From the NCBI GenBank assembly GCA_963846555.1, contig CAWJWI010000004.1, positions 2,043,616 through 2,107,615 on the forward strand: a stretch of DNA of 64,000 nt, given 5' to 3'. The DNA comes from an uncultured Microthrixaceae bacterium. Lineage in GTDB: Bacteria > Actinomycetota > Acidimicrobiia > Acidimicrobiales > VFJN01. The notes under the pieces were generated by a model. The model had not been told where the DNA came from. It worked only from the letters and a program-made list of their open reading frames with translations, and ran no database searches. A program made the translations under genes and the position numbers. Positions 8,498 through 17,841 of this stretch are shown piece by piece (the first letter of the stretch is position 1; each line of letters begins with the position of its first letter).

Positions 8498-9592
8498 TCA
8501 GCTCTTCACCGAGGAGAGGAACTTGAGGAGGAGGCCACGGTTGATCGAGCCATCGGTCTCCTCGGTCGCTTCGTCGAGGGCGGCGTCGCGCTCCTCGTCG
8601 GTGACGGCCTGCGCCGCGGCCCGCACCGCGTCAGCCGCACGGGGCGAGAGGGTGGCCAGCTGACGGGCCAGCTCCTCGTCATCGGCTGAGGCGACGGTGC
8701 CGCGGTTGGCCAGGCCCGGGAAGGCGGCCGCCAGGTCGTCGACCGCGATGTCCGCTGCTGGCTCCTCCTCGGTCGGCTTGGACGACATGTGACCGGGGAG
8801 CTCGATGGGCACAAACCGCTCGGGCTCGGAGGGACCGTCGTCCGCCGGCTGCTGCGCCTTGCTCCGCCGGGGTCGGAGAGGCCGGGCCACGGGCAGCTCG
8901 TCGTCGGCCTCAGCCAAAGGCGGTGCTGCCGGGCTGGCAGCCGGCTCCGGCGCCTCGGCCGAGGCTGCGGACATGTGCCTGTCGAGGTCGATGGTGGGCG
9001 GCTCGGGAGCAGCCGTGACCCTGGCGTCCGGGTGGGGCGACGGGGCGGCCGCCCCGATCTCGACCACACCGAGCTCGACGAGGTCGCGAAGGGCCCGGGA
9101 CACGGGGAGCTCGGCCAGCTGCAGCTCGTCGGCGACGGTCCGCACGCTGTCACCGCCACCGACCGCGACGAGGGTGGTCCACTGCTCGCTCGTGATGCTG
9201 ACCGTCGGACCGTCGAGGGTGCGTCGCAGCCGGACGTGCGCATCCAGTGACGGCACCACGGCTTCGATCTCGCGCCACTCGGCCAAGAGCGCCTCGGCAC
9301 CCGCAAGGAGGGACTCGACGTCGACGTCGGGACCAGACGATGGGGGGGCTTCGTCCGGCTCGAAGGCGAACGAGCCCTCGCGGAAGCGCAGCAGCTCGAA
9401 GACTGCGTCGACGGGCTCGACAGCGTGGGGTGCGTGGGTGGCCTCCACGACGCAGACTGCTCCCCCGGAGACCCAGATGCTGCCCGCGCCGCGCTCGGAG
9501 GTGATCCGCAGTCGTCCGCTCTTCTTCGTGGCGCCGAGGAGGCGCAGCACGTCAGGAAGAGCAAAGGTGTCGAGGGTGCCCTGCAGGGCCAC
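8498..9592 (-). CDS. DUF4388 domain protein with a central wHTH-like segment and a disordered acidic C-terminal half
   Basis: 364 aa. The N-terminus LQGTLDTFALPDVLRLLGATKKSGRLRITSERGAGSIWVSGGAVCVVEA matches the DUF4388 pattern. SVRTVADELQLAELPVSRALRDLVELGVVEI looks like a winged helix. The last 15 aa, INRGLLLKFLSSVKS, are amphipathic. The GTG start is preceded by GGAGG. Confidence 0.6.
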   Translation of the reverse strand: MALQGTLDTFALPDVLRLLGATKKSGRLRITSERGAGSIWVSGGAVCVVEATHAPHAVEPVDAVFELLRFREGSFAFEPDEAPPSSGPDVDVESLLAGAEALLAEWREIEAVVPSLDAHVRLRRTLDGPTVSITSEQWTTLVAVGGGDSVRTVADELQLAELPVSRALRDLVELGVVEIGAAAPSPHPDARVTAAPEPPTIDLDRHMSAASAEAPEPAASPAAPPLAEADDELPVARPLRPRRSKAQQPADDGPSEPERFVPIELPGHMSSKPTEEEPAADIAVDDLAAAFPGLANRGTVASADDEELARQLATLSPRAADAVRAAAQAVTDEERDAALDEATEETDGSINRGLLLKFLSSVKS

Positions 9593-9662
9593 GCTGACCT
9601 CCGGGTCAAGTGGTTCGATCTACCCATCGGCACGAACGGGCCGTGGCTTCAGTGGATTCTTC

Positions 9663-10515
9663 TTACCTCCGGTGGAGAAGGGACGCCATCACGGCGGCGC
9701 TCATGGCCTCCAGGGGGGGCTCCTCGCTGGTCCAGATCCGGAAGGCGTGGGCGGCCTGGTGGATGAGCATCCCGAGCCCGTTGACGGTGCGCAGGCCCTG
9801 GCCTCGGGCCGCCTCGGCCAGCGGGGTGATCACAGGGTGGTAGATCAGGTCGACGAGCACCTGGCCGGCCCCGAGGAGGCCTGGGTCGACGGGCAGAGGC
9901 TCCTCCTCGCCGTCGGTGGTCACGACGACTCCCATCCCCAGCGGGGTGGCGTTGATGACGACGTCGACTGTGCCGGCGTCCTCCGGAACCCCGACCCTCC
10001 CGACTCCACCGGCCAGCGCAGCCGCCGTCTCGGCTCGGTCCGGTGTCCGGTTCACGACGACCACGACCGAGGCTCCGGCCCGACCCAGCGCACGGACCAC
10101 CGCGCGCGCCGCACCCCCGGCGCCCAGCACGGCGAACGTGCGGCCGGCCGGGTCGAGGCCTTCGTCGAGCCGAAGGGCGTCGACCAGGCCGGGGCCATCG
10201 GTGTTGTGACCCACGAGCTCCCCGCCGTGCCGGGCGACGCAGTTGACGGCGCCGAGGACCTCAGCATCCTCGCGTGAGCCCGTCCAGGGCATCGAGGACG
10301 GCGGCCTTGTGAGGCATGGTGACCGAGACCCCCTCGAGGCCGAAGGCGCGCACGCCGGCCATGGCCAGACCTGCCGCGCCCTCGGGCACCTCGAAGGCGA
10401 GGTAGGCCCAGTCCAGGCCGCTGGCCGCGAAGGCCGCGTTGAAGATGGTGGGCGACAGCGAGTGCCGGACGGGAAGCCCGATGACGCCCGTGGTGCGGGT
10501 GGTCGCGCTGATCAC
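9663..10515 (-). CDS. aroE: Shikimate dehydrogenase (reading frame interrupted once in this sequence)
   Basis: The N-terminal part (GVIGLPVRHSLSPTIFNAAF...VSVTMPHKAAVLDALD) is the tail of ORF 10261..10929. The C-terminal part (LGAVNCV...GHNTDGPGL...VLGAGGAARAV) is ORF 9663..10292. The frame switches near 10270-10290. The GTG start at 10513-10515 is an estimate. Confidence 0.8.
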
Positions 10516-10528
10516 GAGGTCACCAGGA

Positions 10529-11745
10529 TCAGCCGCACCCGAGGCCGTTCTCACGGCAGCGGGCCTTGGCGGCCAGGAACTCGCTGTTGCTCTCGGTGAA
10601 GAAGTGGTTCCCCGCTTCGTCCTCGAGCACGTAGAAGATCCATGGGCCGTCCTCGGGGTTGAGGGCGGCCTCGATGCTGGCCCGGCCCGGGCTGGCGATG
10701 GGCGTAGGGGGCAGGCCCTGGACCCGCCGCGTGTTGTAGGGCGAGTCGCTGGTGAAGTCGATGTCTCCCCGATCGCGACCCGCGATCTCGGCCTCGTAGC
10801 GCGAGGTGGCATCGATCCCGAGCGGGATGCCCTCGCGCAGGCGGTTGTAGATGACCTGGGCCACCTTGGGTCGCTCGGCGTCGACCTTCGTCTCCTCCTC
10901 GATGAGCGACGCCACGATGAGGATCTCATAGGGGGTGAGGTTGAACCGCTCCTGGGCCGAGGCGACGTCCAGCTGGGCCAGCGTGGCGTCGAGCTGCCCG
11001 ACCATCAGGTTGAGGACGGCCAGCTCGTCGGCGCCGGCCGCCACCCGGTAGGTCTCCGGGAAGAGGATCCCCTCGTTGGACGCCTGGTCTGGCGGCTGGG
11101 CGGTGGACCGGACCTGACCGCTGTCGAGGAGCTGCTGCAGGGTGGCCGCGTCCAGGCCCAGGCCGCGCTCGGGGTCGGCCAGTCGAGCGATGGTCTCGGC
11201 GACGGTGAGGCCCTCGGGCATCGTGAACGAGCGCTCGTCGGGTGGACGAGGCCCCGCGGCGAGCAGGTCGACGACGTCACCCATGGCGCTGTCGGTCGGC
11301 AGCTCGTAGAGGCCGGCCTGGAAGGGGCCACCGCCGTTGATGCGGAGATACCACTCCCACACGAAGTCGCTCGAGATGATCCCCTCGGCCGCCAGGAGCT
11401 GGCCGATCTCGTCGGAGGTGGAGCCCTCGGGGATCTCGATCTCCTTGGCTTCGCCCGGCCCGCCGGGCGGATCGATCTGACGGGAGACCCAGAAGGCGGT
11501 CCCGCCGATGACGACCACCAGGATCAGGGCCAGCGCGGCCAGCACGGTCAGGACGCGTCGCCGCGCGAGGACTCCCGGCGCACGTCGACGTAGTGGGCGC
11601 CGCCCGCGCTGCGATCGTCATCCTCGTACTCGTCGTACTCGTCGTACTCGTACTCGTCTTGCTCGAGCTCGTCGTACGGGAGGTCGGCCTCCTGGTCGTA
11701 GAGGTCGTCAGGGGCGTCGGGGTCGTGCGGGGGGCGATCGGTCAC
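10529..11745 (-). CDS. mltG: Endolytic murein transglycosylase MltG (YceG-like) with an acidic N-terminal tail; probable frame interruption near 11560-11600
   Basis: ORF 10529..11545 has a TM helix followed by a YceG domain (LYELPTDSAMGDV, EGILFPETY, ASLIEEET, YNRL, PYNTRRVQGLPPTPIASPG). The acidic 65-aa ORF 11548..11745 starts with a GTG overlapping the ruvX stop (GTGA), as at other coupled junctions here, so I join the two. In the TM frame RRRAPGVLARRRVLTV continues upstream of 11545. Confidence 0.65.
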
Positions 11746-12180
11746 GGGTGTCCCTCGGGGGTGGGGGGTCGGCGATGGTCGAGCCAGGCCTGCAGCATGA
11801 TGGCCGCTGCGAGCTTGTCGACCACCTTGCGGCGGGCGGGGGCCTTCATGTTCAGAGCCAGCAGATCACGGTCGGCGGTGACGGTGGTGAGGCGCTCGTC
11901 CCAGGTCTCCACCGGGAGCCCGGTGGCGACGGCCAGCTCCTCGGCCTCGGCGAGCGCGCCCCGGGCCGCGGGGCCGACGGAACCGTCGAGCGAGAGCGGC
12001 AGTCCCACGACGATGCACTGGGCCCCGGCCTCCTCGGCCAGGGCTCGCGATGCGGCGGTGGTCGCGCTGGCGGTCACCAGAGCGGGGAACCACCTCGTAG
12101 GGCGTGGCCATCCGGCCGTCGCTGTCGGAGAGCGCCACCCCGACCCTCTTCGAGCCGAGGTCGATGCCCAGGGCCCTCAC
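11742..12180 (-). CDS. ruvX: Holliday junction resolvase-like protein RuvX/YqgF (one frame interruption)
   Basis: The N-terminus MRALGIDLGSKRVGVALSD...ATPYEVV is in ORF 11866..12180. The C-terminus IVVGLPLSLDGS...ERLTTV...KVVDKLAAAIMLQAWL is in ORF 11742..12077. The switch is at the GGGG run 12084-12087. Confidence 0.8.
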
Positions 12181-14778
12181 GAGCCGTCGAGGCCGGCCGC
12201 CGCCCGGACCGTGTCGAGGGCCGCGTCGAGGCCGGCCGCGTCCTTGCCGCCGGCCACGGCCAGCAGCGGATCCTTGCCACCGCCGCCCTTGATCAGCTTC
12301 TTGGCCTCTTCGAGGAGGGCCGAGGCGTCGAAGCCGCTGTCAGGCTTGACGGCTGCGACGATCGCCGCGCCACCCCCCTCGGGGGCGGTGCCGAGCACCA
12401 CGGCCCTCATGCCGGGCTGGTCGCGCAGAGCGAGGGCGAGGTCGCGCAGGCTGTCGCGCTCGAGCCCGTCCACCCGTTCGACGACGACGCCTTCGACCGC
12501 CCGCCCGGCCAGCTCGCCCGCCTGGTCGCCGGCGGCCTGGCGCTTCAGCACCTTGATCTCGTCGCGCAGGGCCTTGACCTCGTCGAGCCGCTTGCGAGCC
12601 CCCTCGACGACCTCGCCCACGGGCACGTTCAGAACCTCGGCCACCCGGGCCAGCAAGGCCTCCTCCTCGCGGAGGCGCTCGATGGGCCCCGTGCCTGTCA
12701 CGGCCTCGATGCGGCGCAGGTTCGAGCCGATCGAGCTCTCGGAGACGATCTTCACGGGCCCGATGTCGCCCAGAGCCCTCACGTGGGTGCCTCCGCACAG
12801 CTCGGTGGAGCGGCGGCCGGCCTCGAGGACGCGGACGTCTCGCCGTACTTGTCACCGAAGAAGGCGATGGCGCCCAGGGCCATGGCCTCGGCCTTGGTGG
12901 TCTCGTAGTGGCGCACCGTGTCGTTGTGGAGGATCTCCTCGTTGGCGAGGTCTTCGATCTGGCGCACCTGATCGGCGGTGAGGGCATCCGCCGGCCCGAA
13001 GTCGAACCGCAGCCGGTCGGGGTCGACGAGCGAGCCCTGCTGCTGGACGTCTGTCGCCGAGGACCTTGCGCAGAGCCCAGTGGAGGATGTGGGTGCCCGT
13101 GTGGTTGCGCCGGATGGCGTCCCGACGGGCCACGTCGAGGGTGGCCGTGACCTCGTCGCCCGCTTCGAGGGCGCCCTCGGTGATGCGGACGAGGTGGCGG
13201 TGCAGGCCGGGCAGACCGTATGTCGTGTCGCTCACCTCGGCCTGGCCCGCCTCGCCGACCAGCACGCCGGTGTCCCCGACCTGGCCACCGGACTCGGCGT
13301 AGAACGGGGTGCGGTCGAGGAAGACCGACGCCGTGCCGTCCTCGCCGGGTACCACGGCCAGCACGGTGGCCTTGGTCTCGTTCTCCTCGCGGCCGACGAA
13401 CTCCGTCGCGCCGAAGCGGTCGAGGATCTCTTGGAAGGAGGTGAGGTTGGCGTAGAGGTCCGAACCCGCCTTGGCGCCCGCCTTGGAGACCTGCTGGGCC
13501 TTCTCGAGGGCGGCGCGGTAGCCGGCGTCGTCGACCTCGATGCCGAGCTCGGCGGTGATCTCCTGGGTGACCTCGAGCGGGAACCCGAAGGTCTCGTAGA
13601 GGTCGAAGGCGACGTCGCCGCCGAGCGCCTGGCCCTCGCCCAGCTCGGACAGCTTGGAGTCGAGCAGGGTCGTCCCCCGCTTCAGCGTCTGGCGGAAGCG
13701 GTCCTCCTCCCGGCTGACGATGCCGGTGATGCGGTCCTGGTCGGCCCGCAGCTCGGGGTAGCCGTCGGCCATGGCGTCGACGACCGCCGCGATCAGCGGG
13801 GCCGAGAGGTCGCGCTCGACGCCGAGGAGGTAGGCGTACCGGACGGCGCGCCGAATGATGCGACGCAGCACGTAGCCCCGATCCTCGTTGGACGGGACGA
13901 TGCCGTCGGCCACGAGGAACGTCATCGTGCGACCGTGGTCAGCCAGGACCTTGAGGGCGATGTCGGTGCGGTCGTCGGTGCCGAGGCGAACGACCGGTGA
14001 TCGACTGGGCCACCTCCACGAGCTGGTTGAGGGGGTCGACGTCGTAGACCGTGTGCGTGCCGTTCAGGGCGGTGAGCATCCGCTCGAGCCCCGCCCCCGT
14101 GTCGATGCCAGGCTTGGGCAGGTCGGTGAGCTCGCCGTCGTGGCCCCGGAAGTACTGCGGGAAGACGAGGTTCCAGATCTCGACGTAGCGGTCCTCGGCG
14201 GCCGGGTTCTCGGGGCCGCCCTCGGGCCCGAAGTCGGCGCCGTAGTCCCAGAAGATCTCCGAGCTGGGACCGCAGGGGCCGATGTCGCCCATCTCCCAGA
14301 AGTTGTCCTTGTCGAGCCGCTGTATGCGGTCGCGGGGGAAGCCCACGGCGTCGGCCCAGATGTCTGCCGCTTCGTCGTCGCTGACGTGGACGGTGACCCA
14401 CATGCGATCGCCGTCGAGGCCCAAGACGTCGGTGAGGAGCTCCCACGCCCACGGGATGGCCTCGGCCTTGAAGTAGTCACCGAAGCTGAAGTTGCCGAGC
14501 ATCTCGAAGAAGCTCAGGTGGCGGGGCGTGCGACCGATGGCGTCGAGGTCGTTGTGCTTGCCGCCCGCCCGGACGCACTTCTGGACGGTGGCGGCGCGGG
14601 CCGGATCGAGGGAGGTCGACTCCTCGCCCAGGAAGATGGGGACGAACTGCATCATCCCCGAGTTCGTGAACATCGGGGCCGTCGGATGGGTCGGGATGAG
14701 GCTCGACGACGGGAGCAGCGTGTGCTGCTTGGCGACGAAGAACTCGTTCCAGGTTCGACGGAGACCGTTGGCGTCCAT
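12177..14778 (-). CDS. alaS: Alanine--tRNA ligase (3 or more frame interruptions)
   Basis: Four consecutive ORF fragments (13939..14778, 12852..13925, 12779..12967, 12177..12782) carry FTNSGMMQFVP, RHLSFFEMLGNFSFGDYFK, EIWNLVFPQY, DTGAGLERM, PSNEDRGYVLRRIIRRA, HTGTHILHWALR and the C-terminal DHHA1-like part. Frame switches lie near 13995, 13055 and 12838. The summed length (~867 codons) fits AlaS. Confidence 0.9.
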
Positions 14779-14814
14779 GGGTGGATCGAGCCTACCGGCC
14801 GTCTCCGGTAGGAC

Positions 14815-15075
14815 TCACCAGCGTTCGGGGGCGCCGCGACCGTCCCGGCCCAGCTCGGAGCGCAGCTCCGCCTCACGCTCGCGCATGGCTTCTCGCCCCT
14901 CGGCCACGGCGGCCCGGAGGTCGGTGCCGAGGCCCTTGACCGCCCCGGCCAGGTCGGCCGAGACGCGCTCGGGCGTGTAGCGGGCGGCCGTCTCGCGCAC
15001 GAACCGCATGATCCAGAACGAGGCTCCGAACCCGAAGCCGGCCCCGATGAGCAACCAGAACAGACGACGGAGCAC
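14815..15075 (-). CDS. Small hypothetical membrane protein
   Basis: 86-aa ORF with one N-terminal TM helix (LFWLLIGAGFGFGASFWIM) and a charged helical tail. It is co-directional with alaS and the DUF948 gene. No family recognised. Confidence 0.4.
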   Translation of the reverse strand: MLRRLFWLLIGAGFGFGASFWIMRFVRETAARYTPERVSADLAGAVKGLGTDLRAAVAEGREAMREREAELRSELGRDGRGAPERW

Positions 15076-15078
15076 GGG

Positions 15079-15444
15079 CTAGCGCTCGTTCCGGGTGCGC
15101 CGGAATCGGCGCGCCGCCCGTCCGGTGCCCGACGCCAGGGCCACGGCCTTGATGGCCGGGTTCGAGAAGAGCAGGTAGGCGAGCCGAGACGCGGAGTCGA
15201 CCGTGCCCCCGATGGACTCGGCCGTGCCGAGAACGCCGTCGAGCCGCTCGAGCTCCGCGTTGGCGTTGCGCACCGTGTGGCCCAGCTCGGTCATGACGGG
15301 GACCGTCTCGGTGCGCAGCAGCTCGACGGTCTCCCGCACCGCCTTGAGGGTCTTGGTGATCGACACGAGGGCCACGGCGAGGAGGACCACCGCGACGACG
15401 CTGGCGATGGCCACGATGAGCGCGGCTAGCTCTTCCGCGCTCAC
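15079..15444 (-). CDS. DUF948 domain membrane protein
   Basis: 121 aa with an N-terminal TM helix (LAALIVAIASVVAVVLLAVALV) followed by a coiled region (TLKAVRETVELLRTETVPVMTEL...) typical of actinobacterial DUF948 proteins. Confidence 0.55.
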   Translation of the reverse strand: MSAEELAALIVAIASVVAVVLLAVALVSITKTLKAVRETVELLRTETVPVMTELGHTVRNANAELERLDGVLGTAESIGGTVDSASRLAYLLFSNPAIKAVALASGTGRAARRFRRTRNER

Positions 15445-16754
15445 GGCGTCTCGCTCGGGTTGGTCCTGCGTTCCATGCGCGTGCGGATCTCCTGCTCGAA
15501 GCCGTGGTCGGACGGGTCGTAGTACCGGCGGTCGCTCACCTCGTCAGGGAGGTGCTGCTGCGGGACCCAGCCCTCGGGGTGGTCGTGAGGATAGTCGTAG
15601 CCCACGCCGTGCCCGAGCTTCTGCGCCCCCTGGTAGTGGCCGTCGCGCAGGTGCACGGGCACCTCCACCGAAGGCCCGTGGCGCACATCCTCCAGAGCGG
15701 CCCAGATCCCGAGGGCGGCCCGGTTCGACTTGGGCGCCGTGGCCAGGTGGACGACGGCCTGAGCCAGGTTGAGCTGCGCCTCGGGCAGGCCGACGTGCTC
15801 GACGGCGTGAGCCGCGGCCACGGCCACCACCAGGGCCTGAGGGTCGGCCATGCCGACGTCCTCGCTCGCCGCGATGACGATGCGCCGAGCGATGAAGCGG
15901 GCGTCCTCCCCCGCCTCGAGCATGCGGGCCAGCCAGTAGAGGGCGGCGTCGGGGTCAGAGCCGCGCATGCTCTTGATGAACGCCGAGATGACGTCGTAGT
16001 GCTCGTCGCGCCCGTAGCGCAGGGCCTTCGTGCCCAGCGCCGCCTCGGCGTCGGGCAGCGTCACGTTCGCAGCGCCGCCACCCGCCCGGGCCCGGGCGAT
16101 GGCGACCGCGACCTCGAGGCTGGTCAGCGCGTGGCGACCGTCGCCGTTGGAGTGGCCGGCGAGGTGCTCGAGGGCATCCTCGTCGGCGGTGGCCTCTTCG
16201 GCGCGGAGCCCCTTGTGGAGGAGGGCGCGGGCGGCGTCGGCGTCGAGGGCGTTGAGCCGGAACAGCGTCGACCGGCTCAGCAGCGGTGGGTTGACCTCGA
16301 AGAACGGGTTCTCGGTGGTGGCGCCGATGAGCGTGATCAGCCCGGTCTCGACGCCAGGGAGGAGGGCGTCCTGCTGCGACTTCGTGAACCGGTGGACCTC
16401 GTCGAGGAACAGGATCGTGCCCTGGCCCCGCTCGCCGAGGCGGTGCTTGGCCCGCTCGAGCACGTCACGAACGTCCTTGACGCCGGCGCTGACCGCCGAG
16501 AGCTGTTCGAAGGCCTTGCTCGTGTGGGCGGCGATGGCCTGGGCCAAGGTCGTCTTGCCCGTCCCCGGCGGCCCCCAGAGGATCACCGACGACAGGCGGT
16601 CGGCCTCGACGAGGGTGCGCAACGGCCGACCGGGCCCGAGGAGCTGCTCCTGCCCGACGATGTCATCGAGCGTGCGGGGCCGCAGACGGGCGGCGAGAGG
16701 CGCGTTGCGGGCCAGAGCATCCTCCGCGGCCGAGGAGAACAGGTCGTCAGCCAT
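15441..16754 (-). CDS. rarA: Replication-associated recombination protein A (RarA/MgsA AAA+ ATPase)
   Basis: Intact 437-aa ORF with LRPRTLDDIVGQEQLLG, the Walker A LWGPPGTGKTTLA, LFLDEVHRF, LIGATTENP and the C-terminal MgsA domain (YDVISAFIKSMRGSDPDAALYWLARML). Confidence 0.92.
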   Translation of the reverse strand: MADDLFSSAAEDALARNAPLAARLRPRTLDDIVGQEQLLGPGRPLRTLVEADRLSSVILWGPPGTGKTTLAQAIAAHTSKAFEQLSAVSAGVKDVRDVLERAKHRLGERGQGTILFLDEVHRFTKSQQDALLPGVETGLITLIGATTENPFFEVNPPLLSRSTLFRLNALDADAARALLHKGLRAEEATADEDALEHLAGHSNGDGRHALTSLEVAVAIARARAGGGAANVTLPDAEAALGTKALRYGRDEHYDVISAFIKSMRGSDPDAALYWLARMLEAGEDARFIARRIVIAASEDVGMADPQALVVAVAAAHAVEHVGLPEAQLNLAQAVVHLATAPKSNRAALGIWAALEDVRHGPSVEVPVHLRDGHYQGAQKLGHGVGYDYPHDHPEGWVPQQHLPDEVSDRRYYDPSDHGFEQEIRTRMERRTNPSETP

Positions 16755-16843
16755 CGGTAGCCGACGCTACCGCCACCACCCCTGGACCGCATCCCTTGAT
16801 GCCCTTACAGTCCATCTCAGTCCTTCCCCCTCACCGACCCACG

Positions 16844-16893
16844 GCTTCTGTGCGCAGCCAGCCCCGCAGGGCGGGGCGGCGTGCGCACAGATC
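16844..16893. repeat. Palindromic repeat, copy L (left flank of the DUF559 gene)
   Basis: GCTTCTGTGCGCAGCCAGCCCCGCAGGGCGGGGCGGCGTGCGCACAGATC. It is an imperfect hairpin (CTGTGCGCA/TGCGCACAG outer stem, GCCCCGC/GCGGGGC inner stem). It matches the reverse complement of 17842-17891 at 44/50 positions. Confidence 0.85.
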
Positions 16894-16915
16894 CACGCAC
16901 CCCTAGGGGGTTGAG

Positions 16916-17833
16916 ATGTCCATCGAGCTCTCCACCGTCATCGACGAGCTCGCGCGAGCCCAGCACGGGCTCGTCACCACCGACCAAGCTCTCAAGGCGC
17001 TCGGACCGAGCCGCAAGGACCGTTGGGTCTCGGAGCGACGCCTGCTGTGCGTGCAGCCTCGGGTCTTCCGGGTCGCAGGTGCACCCCAGACCTGGCACCA
17101 GAGCCTGATGGCAGCCGCCCTCACGACGGGTGGGGTGATCTCGCACCGATCGGCGGCCGAGATGTGGGGCCTGATCCAGCCCGCCGGGTACGTCGATGTG
17201 TCGATCCAACCCGCCCGTGCCCCCCGTGCCCAACCTCCGGTCATCGTCCATCGGATCAAGGACCTGCACCCAGAGCTGGCGAACGAGCGTGAGGGGCTCA
17301 GGCTGACAGATCCCGTTCGGACCCTCATCGACCTCGGGCTGGTCCTGCCGACCTGGGCCGTGCGCGACGCGCTCAGCCGCGGCATCACGACCCGTCTGTT
17401 CGCGGTCGGTCAGGTCGACCGCCTTCGCGACGCCCTGGGCCGCAAGGGGCGGAACGGAACGGGGGTGGTCCGGCAGCTGCTCGACGAGCGCGCCCTCATG
17501 GCCGGGGAGGACAGCGTGCTCGAGCGCCGTCTGATGCTCCTGGCTCAGCGGCACGACCTCCCACCGATGTCCATCCAGCACGAGGTCTGGCACGCAGGGC
17601 GCTTCATCGCCCGCATCGACGGCGCGTACGCGGACCGAAAGCTGGCCATCGAGGTCGACGGGTACGAGCACCACTCCTCCCCCGACGCCTTCCAACGCGA
17701 CCGCGAGAGGCAGAACCGGCTCGTGGCCCTCGGATGGACCGTGCTCCGGTTCACGTGGAAGGACGTCGTGCAACGGCCCGCATCGGTCGCCAAGCAGATC
17801 AGCGACGCCATCAACCGCCTGCCGGCTGCCTGA
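16916..17833 (+). CDS. DUF559 (Vsr/endonuclease-like fold) protein with an AbiEi_4-like N-terminal HTH
   Basis: Intact 305-aa ORF. The N-terminus (LARAQHGLVTTDQALKALG...RVFRVAG...SHRSAAEMWGL) matches AbiEi-type antitoxin-like domains. The C-terminus (DGAYADRKLAIEVDGYEHHSSPDAFQRDRERQNRLVALGWTVLRFTWKDV) is the DUF559 signature. It is the only plus-strand gene within a ~21-kb minus-strand run. Confidence 0.8.
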   Translation: MSIELSTVIDELARAQHGLVTTDQALKALGPSRKDRWVSERRLLCVQPRVFRVAGAPQTWHQSLMAAALTTGGVISHRSAAEMWGLIQPAGYVDVSIQPARAPRAQPPVIVHRIKDLHPELANEREGLRLTDPVRTLIDLGLVLPTWAVRDALSRGITTRLFAVGQVDRLRDALGRKGRNGTGVVRQLLDERALMAGEDSVLERRLMLLAQRHDLPPMSIQHEVWHAGRFIARIDGAYADRKLAIEVDGYEHHSSPDAFQRDRERQNRLVALGWTVLRFTWKDVVQRPASVAKQISDAINRLPAA

Positions 17834-17841
17834 GGTCCTCC

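Noticed and set aside
9605-9630. A tRNA T-arm-like string, GGTTCGATC, in the aroE/DUF4388 spacer.
   Set aside because: I could not find acceptor-stem complementarity, anticodon-arm geometry or a CCA-proximal pairing in the surrounding 90 nt. The spacer is better explained as the 5' leader of the DUF4388 gene, with GGAGG 6 nt before its GTG.
12834-12839. Three frame breaks (alaS near 12838 and 13055, hisS near 20900) abut GACGTC hexamers (12834, 13046, 20894). This suggested a motif-specific, methylation-linked basecalling error.
   Set aside because: GACGTC also occurs at 320, 1809 and 1925 inside genes that are perfectly intact. Other breaks have no GACGTC nearby. The association is not supported by what I can see.
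16901-16910. The 10-bp palindrome CCCCTAGGGG immediately upstream of the DUF559 start, considered as a possible operator.
   Set aside because: It is a single occurrence in the window with no second half-site or known regulator. I mention it only as context in the cassette finding.
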